From Spirochaetia bacterium (GTDB lineage Bacteria; Spirochaetota; Spirochaetia; SZUA-6; Bin103), in the NCBI GenBank assembly GCA_965199955.1, contig CBDATQ010000001.1, positions 1,024,001 through 1,088,000 on the forward strand: 64,000 nt of DNA. Direction: 5' to 3'. Below are positions 44,764-63,932 of this stretch, piece by piece (position 1 is the stretch's first letter; each line of letters opens with the position of its first letter). The position numbers and the translations under genes are program-made. The notes under the pieces were generated by a model. The model had not been told where the DNA came from. It searched no databases and saw only the letters and a program-made list of their open reading frames with translations.

Positions 44764-47700
44764 ATGCCCGGTACGCTTACCAAGGTCCCGCGCCAGTTCA
44801 TGGGCCGTGGCTCCGACGACGTGATGGCCATGCCGAACCTCGTGGACATCCAGATCTTGTCCTACGAGCGCCTGCTGCAGCGCGAACGGCTGCGCGACGG
44901 CGAGGGGCCGGACCGGCAGGGGCTCGAAGAGGTGTTCCGCGACGTGTTTCCGATCGAGAGCCCGAATGGAGACATGGTCCTGGAGTACGCCGGCTACTCG
45001 CTCGATGAGGCGAACATCAAGTTCTCGGAGAGCGCGTGCAAGACCAAGGGGCTGACGTACGCGATCCCGATCAAGGCCAAGATCAACCTGGTCTTCCTGC
45101 AGACCGGCGAAATCCGGCAGAAGGAAATCTACATGGGCGACATCCCGCTCATGACCGAGCGGGGAACCTTCATCATCAACGGCGCCGAGCGCGTGGTGGT
45201 CAGCCAGATCCACCGCTCGCCCGGCGCGATCTTCTCGCACGAGAAGGGCGTCTACGCCTCGCGGATTATCCCGTACCGCGGCTCCTGGCTGGAGTTCGAG
45301 ATCGACCAGAAGAAGGAGTTGATCTACGCCAAGATCGACCGCAAGAAGCGCCTGCTCGCCACGGTGTTCCTGCGCGCGCTGGGATTCGACAGCCGCGAAG
45401 CGATCGTCGACCTGTTCTACCAGCGCACCACCATTCCGGTATCGGACGACCCGGAGGCGAAGTCGCAGCTTGTGGGCAAGATCCTGGCGCGGCCGTTGCA
45501 TCGCGACGACACTCGACTCTACCGGGCCGGCGAGAAGCTCTTGTCCCACGACGTCGAGGAGCTGGTCAACCTGCAGGTGCCCGAGGTCGAGGCCATCGAC
45601 TTCGACCATCCGGACAGCCTGCACTCACCCATCGTGGTCAATTGCTTCGAGCGCGAGGAGACCAGGCTGGTCCCCAGCGACGACGACGACGAGATGACCA
45701 GGGAAGACGCGGTGATCCGCGTCTATTTGGCCATCAAGCCGGGCGAGCCGGTCACGATCGACAGCGCGGAGAAGGACCTGCACAGCATGTTCTTCTCCTC
45801 GCGCCGCTACGACCTGGGGCGGGTGGGGCGCTACAAGCTCAACAAGAAGTTCGACTACGCAGAGCCGCCGGAGACGCACACGCTGGTGCCGGAGGACATC
45901 GTCAACACGATGATCATGCTCACCAAGGTCTACATCGGCGAAGGCAACGTCGACGACATCGACCACCTGGGCAACCGCCGCATCCGCTCGGTCGGAGAGC
46001 TCCTGACCAACCATCTGAAGATTGCCTTCTCCCGCATGGAGCGCATCGCCAAGGAGCGCATGTCGCTGAAGGAGGCGGACACGATCCGGCCGCAGGACCT
46101 GGTGTCGATCAAGCCGATCGTTGCCACGATCAAGGAGTTCTTCGGCTCCAGCCAGCTCTCGCAGTTCATGGAGCAGGTCAACCCTCTTGCCGAGCTGACC
46201 CACAAGAGGCGGCTGAACGCGCTCGGCCCCGGCGGCCTGTCACGGGACCGCGCCGGCTTCGAGGTGCGCGACGTCCATTACACCCATTACGGCCGCATGT
46301 GCCCGATCGAGACCCCCGAAGGGCCGAACATCGGGTTGATCGTGTCGCTGGCCAACTACACGCGCGTCAACTCCTACGGCTTCCTGGAGACCCCGTATCG
46401 CAAGGTGATCGACGGCCGCGTCACGCGCGAGATCGAGTACCTGTCGGCGATCGACGAAGAGAAGTACTTCATCGCCCAGGCCGGCGCGCCGGTCGACGAT
46501 GACGGGCAGTTCGCGGAAACCCTGGTGCCGGTCCGGCGGGGCGGCGACTACATCACCCGCGAGCCCGACTCCATCCAGTACATGGACGTCTCGCCCAAGC
46601 AGATCATCTCGGTATCCGCCTCGCTGATCCCGTTCCTGGAGCACGATGACGCAAACCGGGCTTTGATGGGGTCCAACATGCAGCGGCAGGCGGTGCCGCT
46701 GATCATTCCGGAGCCGCCGCGCGTCGGTACCGGCATGGAGGAGAAGACCGCCTACGATTCCGGCGTGCTGGTGCTTGCCAGGCGGGCGGGCTTGGTCGAC
46801 TACGTCAGCTCCCAGCGGGTGGAGATCCGTCCCGACGGCGCCGCCGACGGTGTGATCGACACCTACCCGATGGTCAAGTACCAGCGCACCAACCAGGACA
46901 CCTGCTTCCTGCAGAAGCCGGTGTGCCGCGTCGGCGACCGGGTGGCGGCCGGCCAGGTCCTGGCCGACGGGCCGTCCACCTATGCCGGCGAGCTGGCGCT
47001 GGGCCGCAACGTGATCGTCGCCTTCATGCCGTGGAACGGCTACAACTACGAGGACGCCATCCTGGTCTCCTCGCGCGTGGTCAAGGAGGACGTGTTCACC
47101 TCCATCCACATCAAGGAATTCTCGATCGAGGTGCGCGAGACCAAGCTCGGTCCGGAGAAGATCACCCGCGACATCCCCAACACGGCCGAGGATGCCTTCG
47201 AGCACCTGGACGCCGAGGGGATCGTGCGCATCGGCGCCAAGGTAAAGTCGGGGTCGATCCTGGTAGGCAAGGTCACGCCCAAGAGCGAGACCGACTCCAC
47301 GCCGGAGTTCAAGCTGTTGAACTCGATCTTCGGTGAGAAGGCCAAGGAGGTGCGCGACACCTCGCTGCGCATCCAGCACGGCGTGGAAGGCACGGTGATC
47401 GACGTCCAGCGCATGCGCCGCTCGGCCGGCGACGAGTTGAGTCCGGGAGTCGAGGAAGTGGTCAAGGTGCTGGTCGCATCCAAGCGCAAGCTGCAGGAAG
47501 GCGACAAGATGGCTGGCCGCCACGGCAACAAGGGGGTGATCGCCCGCGTGCTGCCGGAAGAGGACATGCCGTTCATGGCCGACGGCACCTCCGTGGACGT
47601 GGTGCTGAACCCGCTCGGCGTCCCGTCGCGGATGAATCTGGGCCAGATCATGGAAACCCAGCTCGGCTGGGCGGGACTGAGGCTGGACGAATGGTACGCG

Positions 47701-48246
47701 ACCCCGGTGTTCCAGTCGGCGTCGAACGAGATGATCGAGGGCAAGCTGTCCCAGGCGGACCTTCCGTCCAGCTCCAAGATTACCCTGTACGACGGGCTGA
47801 CGGGCGAACCGTTCGAGAACCCGGTCACCTGCGGCGTCATCTACATGATGAAGCTCAGCCACCTGGTCGACGACAAGATGCACTCCCGTTCCACGGGGCC
47901 GTACTCGCTGGTCACCCAGCAGCCGCTCGGCGGCAAGGCTCAGAACGGCGGCCAGCGGCTCGGCGAGATGGAGGTGTGGGCGTTGGAGGCGTACGGCGCG
48001 TCAAACACGCTGCGCGAGCTGCTCACGGTCAAGTCGGATGACATGAACGGCCGCGGCAAGGTGTACGAGAGCATCGTGAAGGGTGAGCCGTTCGAGTCCG
48101 GCGGCATCCCCGAGTCGTTCAACGTGCTGGTACAGGAGCTGCGCGGCCTGGCGCTGGACATCACGATCTTCGACGGCAAGGGCAAGCCGGTGCCGCTCAC
48201 CGAGCGGGACGAGGAGCTGATCACCCGCGAGGGAGCGCGCTTCTGA
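44764..48246 (+). CDS. rpoB: RNA polymerase beta subunit
   Basis: [60 protein letters not shown]. Confidence 0.98.
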   Translation: MPGTLTKVPRQFMGRGSDDVMAMPNLVDIQILSYERLLQRERLRDGEGPDRQGLEEVFRDVFPIESPNGDMVLEYAGYSLDEANIKFSESACKTKGLTYAIPIKAKINLVFLQTGEIRQKEIYMGDIPLMTERGTFIINGAERVVVSQIHRSPGAIFSHEKGVYASRIIPYRGSWLEFEIDQKKELIYAKIDRKKRLLATVFLRALGFDSREAIVDLFYQRTTIPVSDDPEAKSQLVGKILARPLHRDDTRLYRAGEKLLSHDVEELVNLQVPEVEAIDFDHPDSLHSPIVVNCFEREETRLVPSDDDDEMTREDAVIRVYLAIKPGEPVTIDSAEKDLHSMFFSSRRYDLGRVGRYKLNKKFDYAEPPETHTLVPEDIVNTMIMLTKVYIGEGNVDDIDHLGNRRIRSVGELLTNHLKIAFSRMERIAKERMSLKEADTIRPQDLVSIKPIVATIKEFFGSSQLSQFMEQVNPLAELTHKRRLNALGPGGLSRDRAGFEVRDVHYTHYGRMCPIETPEGPNIGLIVSLANYTRVNSYGFLETPYRKVIDGRVTREIEYLSAIDEEKYFIAQAGAPVDDDGQFAETLVPVRRGGDYITREPDSIQYMDVSPKQIISVSASLIPFLEHDDANRALMGSNMQRQAVPLIIPEPPRVGTGMEEKTAYDSGVLVLARRAGLVDYVSSQRVEIRPDGAADGVIDTYPMVKYQRTNQDTCFLQKPVCRVGDRVAAGQVLADGPSTYAGELALGRNVIVAFMPWNGYNYEDAILVSSRVVKEDVFTSIHIKEFSIEVRETKLGPEKITRDIPNTAEDAFEHLDAEGIVRIGAKVKSGSILVGKVTPKSETDSTPEFKLLNSIFGEKAKEVRDTSLRIQHGVEGTVIDVQRMRRSAGDELSPGVEEVVKVLVASKRKLQEGDKMAGRHGNKGVIARVLPEEDMPFMADGTSVDVVLNPLGVPSRMNLGQIMETQLGWAGLRLDEWYATPVFQSASNEMIEGKLSQADLPSSSKITLYDGLTGEPFENPVTCGVIYMMKLSHLVDDKMHSRSTGPYSLVTQQPLGGKAQNGGQRLGEMEVWALEAYGASNTLRELLTVKSDDMNGRGKVYESIVKGEPFESGGIPESFNVLVQELRGLALDITIFDGKGKPVPLTERDEELITREGARF

Positions 48247-48271
48247 TGGGCGGGCTGCCGATGCGGACAGA

Positions 48272-48334
48272 CGGATTGAGATCAGGCGGATTGAGATCAG
48301 GCGGATTGAGATCAGGCGGATTGAGATCAGGCGG
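48272..48334 (+). repeat. 15-bp tandem repeat x4 (CGGATTGAGATCAGG) in the rpoB-rpoC spacer
   Basis: Perfect copies at 48272, 48287, 48302 and 48317, followed by CGG. Confidence 0.95.
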
Positions 48335-48372
48335 TCCGCGGTCGCAGAGATCCGACAGGAGGGGGGGAACTC

Positions 48373-52626
<4,254 letters not shown>

Positions 52627-52694
52627 TTTCTGGCCGACCTGACTCCCTGCCGACCGGCGGCGTGCGCGGACCCCGTTTCACTTGAAGAGCCCGC

Positions 52695-52724
52695 TTGACG
52701 AGCCGCGCCGTCGCTCGGTACGTT
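52695..52724 (+). promoter_or_regulatory. Putative sigma70-type promoter (upstream of the two)
   Basis: TTGACG-18 bp-TACGTT. Confidence 0.45.
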
Positions 52725-52806
52725 CTGGGGCAAGCGCAAGCCCCGACGCGGAGGTGGCGGGCCATCGTGCCCGCTGCCGTCGCAGGAAAAGGAAGGTCGG
52801 GGGTAC

Positions 52807-52836
52807 TTGACTGTCCGTGCCGAAGGCGCGTATGGT
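52807..52836 (+). promoter_or_regulatory. Putative str operon promoter
   Basis: TTGACT-18 bp-TATGGT. Confidence 0.6.
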
Positions 52837-52990
52837 AGTGGCTCGGTCGCTATCAAGCCGTAGACACCTGCGGTCAGCCTGAGTCGCATGTCGGCGGTTC
52901 CGCCAGCAGGCAGTTCCTCCGGAAGGACGGGTGTACCCCTGAAGTGGGCGGTTCGTTGGAGTGTGGTAGTTCGAGTATGAGGAGTCAGGA

Positions 52991-53365
52991 GTGCCGACGA
53001 TAAACCAGCTTGTCCGGAACGGACGCAAGCGCAGCACCAAGACCAGCAAGAGTCCTGCGCTCCAGTCATGCCCGCAGAAGCGCGGTGTATGCACGAGGGT
53101 GATGATCGTCACCCCGCGCAAGCCGAACTCCGCTTTGCGCAAGGTGGCGCGCGTGCGTCTGGTTTCGGGGGTCGAAGTGACCGCCTATATTCCCGGGATC
53201 GGGCACAACCTGCAGGAGCACTCCGTCGTTCTGATCCGGGGCGGGCGCGTCAAGGATCTGGCGGGTGTCCGCTACCACGTGGTACGCGGGGCCAAGGATA
53301 CGCTCGGTGTCGACGATCGGCGTCGCGCGCGATCGAAGTACGGCACCAAGCGGCCGAGGTCCTGA
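52991..53365 (+). CDS. rpsL: 30S ribosomal protein S12
   Basis: [30 protein letters not shown]. Confidence 0.98.
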   Translation: MPTINQLVRNGRKRSTKTSKSPALQSCPQKRGVCTRVMIVTPRKPNSALRKVARVRLVSGVEVTAYIPGIGHNLQEHSVVLIRGGRVKDLAGVRYHVVRGAKDTLGVDDRRRARSKYGTKRPRS

Positions 53366-53415
53366 GGGCCGTATCCGAACAGATCGTAGCGGGATAATTC
53401 AGGGAGTTCACGGAA

Positions 53416-53886
53416 ATGCCCAGACGTAGCGTAAGTACGCAGCGGCGCGACGTGCGCGATGCGCGATTTCGCGACCCGCTTGCGGGACGGTTCATCAACA
53501 GCATGCTGCTGCGCGGCAAGAAGTCGCTGGCGGCGCGCACGTTCTATCAGGCGCTCGACTTCCTTGACGGCAAGGGAGAGGGAGATGCGATCGAGATGTT
53601 CCACAAGGCGGTGGACAATATCAAGCCGATGCTGGAAGTGAAATCGCGGCGCGTGGGAGGATCCACCTACCAGGTGCCGGTGGAGGTTCGCGAAGACCGC
53701 CAGGTCGCGCTCGCGATCCGCTGGCTGCTACAGTTCGCGCGTGCCCGTCGCGGGCGCTCCATGGCCGAGCGGCTGGGCGCCGAGTTCCTAGACGCCTACA
53801 ACAACACCGGCTCGGCTGCCAAGAAGAAAGAGGATACGCACCGGATGGCCGAAGCCAACAGGGCTTTCGCCCACTACCGCTGGTAG
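53416..53886 (+). CDS. rpsG: 30S ribosomal protein S7
   Basis: [34 protein letters not shown]. Confidence 0.98.
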   Translation: MPRRSVSTQRRDVRDARFRDPLAGRFINSMLLRGKKSLAARTFYQALDFLDGKGEGDAIEMFHKAVDNIKPMLEVKSRRVGGSTYQVPVEVREDRQVALAIRWLLQFARARRGRSMAERLGAEFLDAYNNTGSAAKKKEDTHRMAEANRAFAHYRW

Positions 53887-53928
53887 CACGGCATCGCTGG
53901 CAGGCGGCAGGTCACGGGTAGGGCACTG

Positions 53929-56064
<2,136 letters not shown>

Positions 56065-56111
56065 GGAGTCCAGGGTTAGTCGAGGAGAACAGGCCAAGGA
56101 GACACAAAGGG

Positions 56112-57302
<1,191 letters not shown>

Positions 57303-57333
57303 GGCGACAGGGAAGACTGGCTGGTACCGAGCG

Positions 57334-57642
57334 ATGGCTACGGAACGGTTTCGGGTGCGGTTGCGCGGGTTCGACATAGAGCTCGTGGATCAAAGTTCAC
57401 GGGCGATCGTGCAGACCGTGCAAAAGACGGGGGCGCGCGTCGCGGGTCCGATCCCGCTGCCGACCCGGATCAACAAATTCACGGTGCTCCGATCCCCGCA
57501 CGTCTACAAGAAGTCGCGTGAGCAGTTCGAAATGCGGACTCACAAGCGGCTCATCGACATCCTGGAGCCAAGCAGCGCCGTCATGGATGCGCTGATGAAG
57601 CTTGAGCTGCCTGCCGGCGTCGACGTCGAGATCAGGCAGTAG
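57334..57642 (+). CDS. rpsJ: 30S ribosomal protein S10
   Basis: [18 protein letters not shown]. Confidence 0.98.
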   Translation: MATERFRVRLRGFDIELVDQSSRAIVQTVQKTGARVAGPIPLPTRINKFTVLRSPHVYKKSREQFEMRTHKRLIDILEPSSAVMDALMKLELPAGVDVEIRQ

Positions 57643-57654
57643 GGAGCGTGCGGC

Positions 57655-58302
57655 GTGGTAGCGGTAGTTGGCGTCAAGGTGGGAATGACGCAGGTATTCG
57701 ACGACGCGGGCACGGCGCGCCCGGCGACGCTGGTGCGGGTCGAACCCAATGTCGTGATCGGCACGCGCGTTGCCGCAGGTGACGGGTATGACGCCGTCGT
57801 GCTGGGCTGGGGGACGGCTCGCAAGCGGCGGTTGACGAAGCCGTTTGCCGGTCAGTTCCCGGAGGGCATCGATCCGACGCGACGCATCATGGAGTTGCGC
57901 GGCTTTGACGGAGAGTTCGAGGTCGGGAAACCGCTGGACCTGTCCATCTTTTCCGACCGGCGCTTTGTGGATGTCCAGGGCGTGTCGCTCGGGAAGGGTT
58001 TTCAGGGCGTGATCAAGCGTCACGGGTTTCGGGGCGGCCGCGCGACGCACGGCTCCAAGTTCCATCGCGCCGGCGGGTCCACCGGTCAGTCGGCGTGGCC
58101 GTCGCGGGTGCTGAAGGGCACACGCATGGCGGGGCGCATGGGTGGCCGGCGTGCCACGGTGCAGAACCTCGAGCTGCTGCGCATCGACCAGGAGCGGCGG
58201 CTGATGATGATAGCCGGACCGATTCCCGGCCGCCGCGGCGGGCACGTGTTGGTGGCGAGCGCGAAGAAGAAGCAGGGCGGCCGGAACGGGAGTGCGGAGT
58301 GA
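57655..58302 (+). CDS. rplC: 50S ribosomal protein L3
   Basis: KVGMTQ, GKGFQG.IKRH, HGS..HR..GS, MAGRMG. Confidence 0.96.
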   Translation: MVAVVGVKVGMTQVFDDAGTARPATLVRVEPNVVIGTRVAAGDGYDAVVLGWGTARKRRLTKPFAGQFPEGIDPTRRIMELRGFDGEFEVGKPLDLSIFSDRRFVDVQGVSLGKGFQGVIKRHGFRGGRATHGSKFHRAGGSTGQSAWPSRVLKGTRMAGRMGGRRATVQNLELLRIDQERRLMMIAGPIPGRRGGHVLVASAKKKQGGRNGSAE

Positions 58303-58949
58303 AGGTTCCGGTTTTGGGCCCGGACGGCAATCCTTCCGGAGAGATCGAGTTGGACGACCGGGTCTTCGACGTCGAGGTCTCGGACGGGGCCATCCATGCG
58401 GCGCTGCGCAATGAGCTTGCCAATCAGCGCGTCGGCACGGCGGCGACCAAGCGCCGCGGCCAGGTGCGCGGCGGTGGCCGCAAGCCCTACCGGCAGAAGG
58501 GTACGGGGCGGGCACGCGCGGGATCGAGGCGATCACCGCTGTGGGTCGGCGGCGGCATCACCTTTGGCCCACAGCCGCGCGACTACCGGTATCGGATACC
58601 GCGCAAGGTGAAGCGACTGGCCATACGATCGGTGCTCACGTCCAAATGCCGGGGAAAGCAGCTGATGGTGGTCGACGGCGTGCAGTCCGCTTCGGGCCGC
58701 ACCCGTGAGCTCGCGGCGACGATCGATGCCCTGTCGCCGGGACTGAAGACCGTGTTGGTGTTGGGCGCCGACGACCCGATGACGCGGCGCGCGGGACGCA
58801 ATCTGTCTTCCTTGCGCATTCTTTCCAGCCAACGGCTTCGGGTGCACGAACTGCTGTACGGAGACCGAGTGCTGCTGCAGCGCGAAGCCGTGGCGCGATT
58901 GAACGCCGGATACGGCGGTGCAGATCTGGAGGCCGACGATGGCGGGTGA
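58299..58949 (+). CDS. rplD: 50S ribosomal protein L4
   Basis: KPYRQKGTGRARAG, GGG..FGP.PR. Confidence 0.96.
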   Translation: MKVPVLGPDGNPSGEIELDDRVFDVEVSDGAIHAALRNELANQRVGTAATKRRGQVRGGGRKPYRQKGTGRARAGSRRSPLWVGGGITFGPQPRDYRYRIPRKVKRLAIRSVLTSKCRGKQLMVVDGVQSASGRTRELAATIDALSPGLKTVLVLGADDPMTRRAGRNLSSLRILSSQRLRVHELLYGDRVLLQREAVARLNAGYGGADLEADDGG

Positions 58950-59219
58950 AATTATCCTCGAGCCACTGGTGACCGAGAAATCCAACTCCTTGCGCGAGGC
59001 GGGCAAGTACAGCTTCCGCGTTGATCCACGCGCCTCCAAGCAGCAGGTGCTCGCGGAGGTGCGGCGGCTGTTCGACGTCAACCCGGTTCGCTGCAACATC
59101 ATCAATGTCCCCCGCAAGCCGAAACGGGTTCGCTACCGGCGCGGTTACACAGCCTCATGGAAGAAGGCGATCGTGACCCTGTCCGGTGACCAGACCATCG
59201 AAATCTTCGAGGGCGTCTG

Positions 59220-59220
<1 letters not shown>
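58939..59220 (+). CDS. rplW: 50S ribosomal protein L23
   Basis: P.VTEKS, F.V...[10 protein letters not shown]. Confidence 0.95.
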
Positions 59221-60041
<821 letters not shown>

Positions 60042-60076
60042 CCACGCACCAGACCGTAAGGATGACGAGGTAGGTT

Positions 60077-60358
60077 ATGTCACGATCGATCAAGAAAGGG
60101 CCGTTCGTATCGCCGAGTCTGTTCAAGCGGGTGATCGAGGCCTCCAAGTCCTCCGGCAAGCAGATGGTCAAGACGTATTCGCGCTGCTCGACGATCATCC
60201 CGCAGATGGTCGGGATGACCATCTCGGTCTACAACGGCAAGAATTGGATTCCGGTCTACATCACGGAGAACCTGGTGGGGCACAAGATCGGCGAGTTCGC
60301 TCCGACGCGGGTATTTCGAGGGCACGCGGGGTCGGACCGCAAGGCGGTGCGGCGCTGA
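60077..60358 (+). CDS. rpsS: 30S ribosomal protein S19
   Basis: [20 protein letters not shown]. Confidence 0.97.
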   Translation: MSRSIKKGPFVSPSLFKRVIEASKSSGKQMVKTYSRCSTIIPQMVGMTISVYNGKNWIPVYITENLVGHKIGEFAPTRVFRGHAGSDRKAVRR

Positions 60359-60711
60359 TGGTCAGAGGCAAGCAGGGTTACACGGCCCACAGCAAGTTCC
60401 TGCGTATTTCGCCGAGCAAGGTGCGCCCCCTCGCCGATCTGGTTCGTCGCCAGCCCTATGCCGAGGCTTTGGCGCTACTGGAGACGATGCCGCACAAGGG
60501 CGCCGCGCTCCTGCGCAAGACGATCAAGTCGGCCGGCGACAACGCACTGTTTCATAATGAGGATCTCGACGAGGAGTCGTTGTACGTCCGCGAGCTGCAG
60601 GTGCTCGACGGTCCGCGCCTGAAGCGCATCTGGGTGCGCGGGCGCGGCCGAGCAGATCGCCAGGTGAGCCGCCTCTGTCATATCTCGGTAGCGGTGGAGG
60701 AGATGAGCTAG
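60358..60711 (+). CDS. rplV: 50S ribosomal protein L22
   Basis: RISP.KVR, SA..NA, GPRLKR..RGRGRA. Confidence 0.95.
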   Translation: MVRGKQGYTAHSKFLRISPSKVRPLADLVRRQPYAEALALLETMPHKGAALLRKTIKSAGDNALFHNEDLDEESLYVRELQVLDGPRLKRIWVRGRGRADRQVSRLCHISVAVEEMS

Positions 60712-60712
60712 T

Positions 60713-61411
60713 ATGGGACAGAAGGTCAATCCGACCGGGCTGCGCATGGGGATCAACCAGTCATGGCGCAGCAAGTGGTACGTGGACCCGCGCGAATACG
60801 CGGCGACGCTCCACGAGGATCTGTCGTTGCGCAAGACGATCGACACCGCTCCGGAGACGCGCGGCGCGGACATCGCCCAGGTGGAGATCGTCCGCCATCC
60901 TCAGCGCATCGCACTGATCATCCACACCGGCCGCCCCGGCGTCGTGATCGGAGCCAAGGGGCAGAACATCGAGCGGCTGGGTGCCAAGCTGCAGCGCGAG
61001 GTCGGCAAGAAGATCCAGATCAAGATCAAGGAGATCCAGCGGCCCGAGACTAACGCCCAGTTGATCGCGATGAACATCGCGCGCCAGTTGCGAGGGCGGG
61101 CATCGTTCCGGCGGGTCATGAAGATGGCGATCAACAACGCGATGCGCGCCGGCGTACAGGGCATCAAGATCCGGGCCGGCGGACGGTTGAACGGCGCGGA
61201 GATGTCGCGCGTCCAGCAGTACAAGGAGGGGCGCATCCCGTTGCACACGTTTCGCGCCGACATCGAGTACGGATTCTCCGTGGCCATCACCACGGTCGGA
61301 GCGCTGGGCATCAAGGTATGGGTCTTTCACGGCGAGGTGTTTGGCCGCGACAAGAAGGACGACGCGGGGCTGCTCCTGAAGCGGCAGCGCGGCCGTGAGG
61401 AGGCAGCGTAA
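60713..61411 (+). CDS. rpsC: 30S ribosomal protein S3
   Basis: MGQKVNP.G.R, RPG.VIG, GRLNGAEM, GIKVWV. Confidence 0.97.
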   Translation: MGQKVNPTGLRMGINQSWRSKWYVDPREYAATLHEDLSLRKTIDTAPETRGADIAQVEIVRHPQRIALIIHTGRPGVVIGAKGQNIERLGAKLQREVGKKIQIKIKEIQRPETNAQLIAMNIARQLRGRASFRRVMKMAINNAMRAGVQGIKIRAGGRLNGAEMSRVQQYKEGRIPLHTFRADIEYGFSVAITTVGALGIKVWVFHGEVFGRDKKDDAGLLLKRQRGREEAA

Positions 61412-61414
61412 CCG

Positions 61415-61846
61415 ATGCTGGCTCCAAAGCGGGAGAAGTTTCGCAAGCGCCAGCGCGGCGGGCCGCTACGGCGCGGCGGCGAGCGCCAGCAGGAATTGGC
61501 GTTCGGGGATTTCGGTCTGATCGCGCTCGAACACAAGTGGATCACCAACCGGCAGATCGAGGCCGCTCGGGTGGCCATGACCCGGCACGTGAAACGGGGT
61601 GGCAAGGTATGGATACGGATCTTTCCCGACATGCCTTACACCATGAAACCTGCCGAAACGCGCATGGGGAAGGGCAAGGGCAACGTGGAGTACCACGTCG
61701 CGCCGGTCAGACGCGGTACGGTCATGTTCGAGCTCGCCGGCGTGGAGACCGATCTGGCGCGGGAAGCGCTCACGCTGGCCGGCAGCAAGCTGCCGATCAA
61801 GACAACGATCTGTGCGCGCGGCAGCGTGTTCGCACCACAGGCATGA
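61415..61846 (+). CDS. rplP: 50S ribosomal protein L16
   Basis: RQIEAAR, IRIFPD, RMGKGKG, KLP. Confidence 0.97.
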   Translation: MLAPKREKFRKRQRGGPLRRGGERQQELAFGDFGLIALEHKWITNRQIEAARVAMTRHVKRGGKVWIRIFPDMPYTMKPAETRMGKGKGNVEYHVAPVRRGTVMFELAGVETDLAREALTLAGSKLPIKTTICARGSVFAPQA

Positions 61847-61856
61847 GGACAGTGGC

Positions 61857-62057
61857 GTGAAGGAACAGTATGGTGGGCTCGTCTACCCGGAGCTGCTGCT
61901 CAAGCATGACGAGCTGGTGTCGGAGTACCGCAAGGCACGGTTCGACGCGGTGGTCGGCCACTTGGACAATCCGGTCAGTGTCCGCGTGCTGCGCCGAAGG
62001 CTGGCTCGCGCCAAGACCATAATCAACGAGTACGAGCTGGGGATTCGACAGCGATGA
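61857..62057 (+). CDS. rpmC: 50S ribosomal protein L29
   Basis: RF..V.GHLDNP..R.LRR..AR..T; position. Confidence 0.88.
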   Translation: MKEQYGGLVYPELLLKHDELVSEYRKARFDAVVGHLDNPVSVRVLRRRLARAKTIINEYELGIRQR

Positions 62058-62067
62058 ATGGAACGAG

Positions 62068-62325
62068 ATGAGTAGCACGGCACGTCTTCGCGTACTGGCA
62101 GGAACGGTAGTCTCGGATCGCATGGACAAGACGATCGTGGTCCTGGTCAGTTCCCAGAAGCGCCATCCGATGTACGAGAAATACATCCGCAGGTCCAAGC
62201 GCGTGAAAGCGCACGATGCGGACAACGCCTGCCGCATCGGCGACCGCGTCCGGGTCGTGGAGTCGCGGCCGCTGAGTCGCGACAAGCGGTGGCGGCTGCT
62301 GGAGATCTTGGAACGGAGCAGCTGA
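62068..62325 (+). CDS. rpsQ: 30S ribosomal protein S17
   Basis: G.VVSD.MDKT, HP.Y.K, AHD, E.RPLS..K.W. Confidence 0.96.
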   Translation: MSSTARLRVLAGTVVSDRMDKTIVVLVSSQKRHPMYEKYIRRSKRVKAHDADNACRIGDRVRVVESRPLSRDKRWRLLEILERSS

Positions 62326-62693
62326 TGGTACAGGCGATGAGCTATCTCAACGTCGCGGACAACTCGGGCGCCAAGCGCGTGCAGTGCATCAAGGTGCTCG
62401 GCGGCACGCGCCACGTAAGCGCCGGCGTCGGCGATCGGATCGTGGTGACGGTCAAGACCGCGATACCGTCCGCCACGGTACGCAAGGGCACGGTAGTGCG
62501 GGCGGTGATCGTGAGGACGCGGAAGGAGACGCGCCGAGTCGACGGCTCATACATCCGCTTCGATGACAACGCCTGCGTCCTGATCGACGAGGCTGGCAAT
62601 CCGTCCGGAAAGCGTATCTTCGGTCCGGTTGCGCGGGAGTTGCGCGATCGTGACTACATGAAGATCGTCTCCCTGGCGCCGGAGGTGCTGTAA
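62325..62693 (+). CDS. rplN: 50S ribosomal protein L14
   Basis: [30 protein letters not shown]. Confidence 0.98.
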   Translation: MVQAMSYLNVADNSGAKRVQCIKVLGGTRHVSAGVGDRIVVTVKTAIPSATVRKGTVVRAVIVRTRKETRRVDGSYIRFDDNACVLIDEAGNPSGKRIFGPVARELRDRDYMKIVSLAPEVL

Positions 62694-62694
62694 C

Positions 62695-63045
62695 GTGGCA
62701 CGCAAGCGTGGTGCCGGTCGCGCGCAGGTGCGGGTACGGCTGCGCCGTGATGACCAGGTGGTGGTGATCGCCGGCAGGGAGCGGGGCAAGACCGGCCGCG
62801 TGTTGCGCATCGACATCGATCGGCAGCAGGTGGTCGTCGAGGGGCTCAATCTGGTGAAGAAGGCGATACGACCCACTCAGCAGCGCCAGCAAGGAGGCAT
62901 CTCCGAGATCGAGGCGCCTATCCACCTGTCGAACGTGATGCTGAGCACGCCGGAGGGACGCTCGAGGATCCGGTATGAGACCGGTGGTGCCGGCAGCGGT
63001 GAGGGCACTCGCCGCGTCGCCGCGCGTACGGGGCAGGAGCTGTGA
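62695..63045 (+). CDS. rplX: 50S ribosomal protein L24
   Basis: D.V.VIAG..RGK.G, VEG.N, EAPIH.SNV. Confidence 0.95.
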   Translation: MARKRGAGRAQVRVRLRRDDQVVVIAGRERGKTGRVLRIDIDRQQVVVEGLNLVKKAIRPTQQRQQGGISEIEAPIHLSNVMLSTPEGRSRIRYETGGAGSGEGTRRVAARTGQEL

Positions 63046-63647
63046 GCAAGAACAAAGCCGGCAATGGAACGGCAAGCGGGAACGGCGGCGCCAGAGGCGG
63101 GAACATGCCGCGTCTGCGCGCCCTGTACCGGGACACGGTTGCGCCAGCGCTGATCGAGGAGTTCAGCTACGACAGCGCCATGCAGGTGCCCAAGCTGACC
63201 AAGATCCTGCTGAGCATGGGCGTCGGCATGGCTCCCAGCAATCGCCAGCTCCTCGACACCGCGGTCAACGAGCTCACGCTGATCGCCGGCCAGCGGGCGG
63301 TGACCACGCGCGCGCGGCGCTCGATCGCGGCGTTCAAGATCCGGGCCGGGATGGAGATCGGCGCGATGGTGACCCTTCGCGGCGATCGCATGCTGGAGTT
63401 CCTCGATCGTTTCGTGAACGTGGCCGTGCCCCGCATCAAGGACTTCCGCGGTCTGTCCCCTAATTCATTCGACGGAAGAGGCAACTACTCGGTGGGCGTC
63501 GATGAACAGATCATCTTTTCCGAGATCGACTACGATCGCATCGACTCGATTCATGGACTCAACATCACCATCGTTACCTCGGCGCATACCGACCGCGAGG
63601 GCCGCAGTCTTCTCGCCGGATTGGGAATGCCGTTCCGCAGCGAGTGA
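63042..63647 (+). CDS. rplE: 50S ribosomal protein L5
   Basis: MQVPKL.KI, GQ......[24 protein letters not shown]. Confidence 0.97.
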   Translation: MSKNKAGNGTASGNGGARGGNMPRLRALYRDTVAPALIEEFSYDSAMQVPKLTKILLSMGVGMAPSNRQLLDTAVNELTLIAGQRAVTTRARRSIAAFKIRAGMEIGAMVTLRGDRMLEFLDRFVNVAVPRIKDFRGLSPNSFDGRGNYSVGVDEQIIFSEIDYDRIDSIHGLNITIVTSAHTDREGRSLLAGLGMPFRSE

Positions 63648-63742
63648 CGGACTGCGCGGCGGTGAAGAGGATCACGATGGTACGGACCGCGACCGGCGAG
63701 CAGGACGGAGTCCGGGCCCGCGCATGGACGATGGAGGTATAG

Positions 63743-63928
63743 GTGGCACGCAAGGCACTGATCGTGCGCGGGCAGCGCAAACCCAAGTTCTCGACACGCA
63801 AGGTCAACCGGTGCCGCTGCTGCGGGCGACCACGGGGCTATCTGCGTCGTTTCGAGATGTGTAGGATCTGCTTCAGAGATCTCGCGAGCCGGGGACTGAT
63901 ACCCGGCGTGACGAAGTCGAGCTGGTAG
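63743..63928 (+). CDS. rpsN: 30S ribosomal protein S14, zinc-binding type
   Basis: 61 aa, CxxCGR...[13 protein letters not shown]. Confidence 0.96.
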   Translation: MARKALIVRGQRKPKFSTRKVNRCRCCGRPRGYLRRFEMCRICFRDLASRGLIPGVTKSSW

Positions 63929-63932
63929 CCCC

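Noticed and set aside
44760..45008. Out-of-frame ATG 4 nt before rpoB (MYAR...), suggesting a frameshifted start or regulatory uORF
   Set aside because: SD spacing favours ATG 44764 (7 nt versus 3 nt), and that frame gives a complete RpoB.
48272..48334. Possible CRISPR array
   Set aside because: The repeats are contiguous 15-mers with no spacers, and there are no cas genes in the window.
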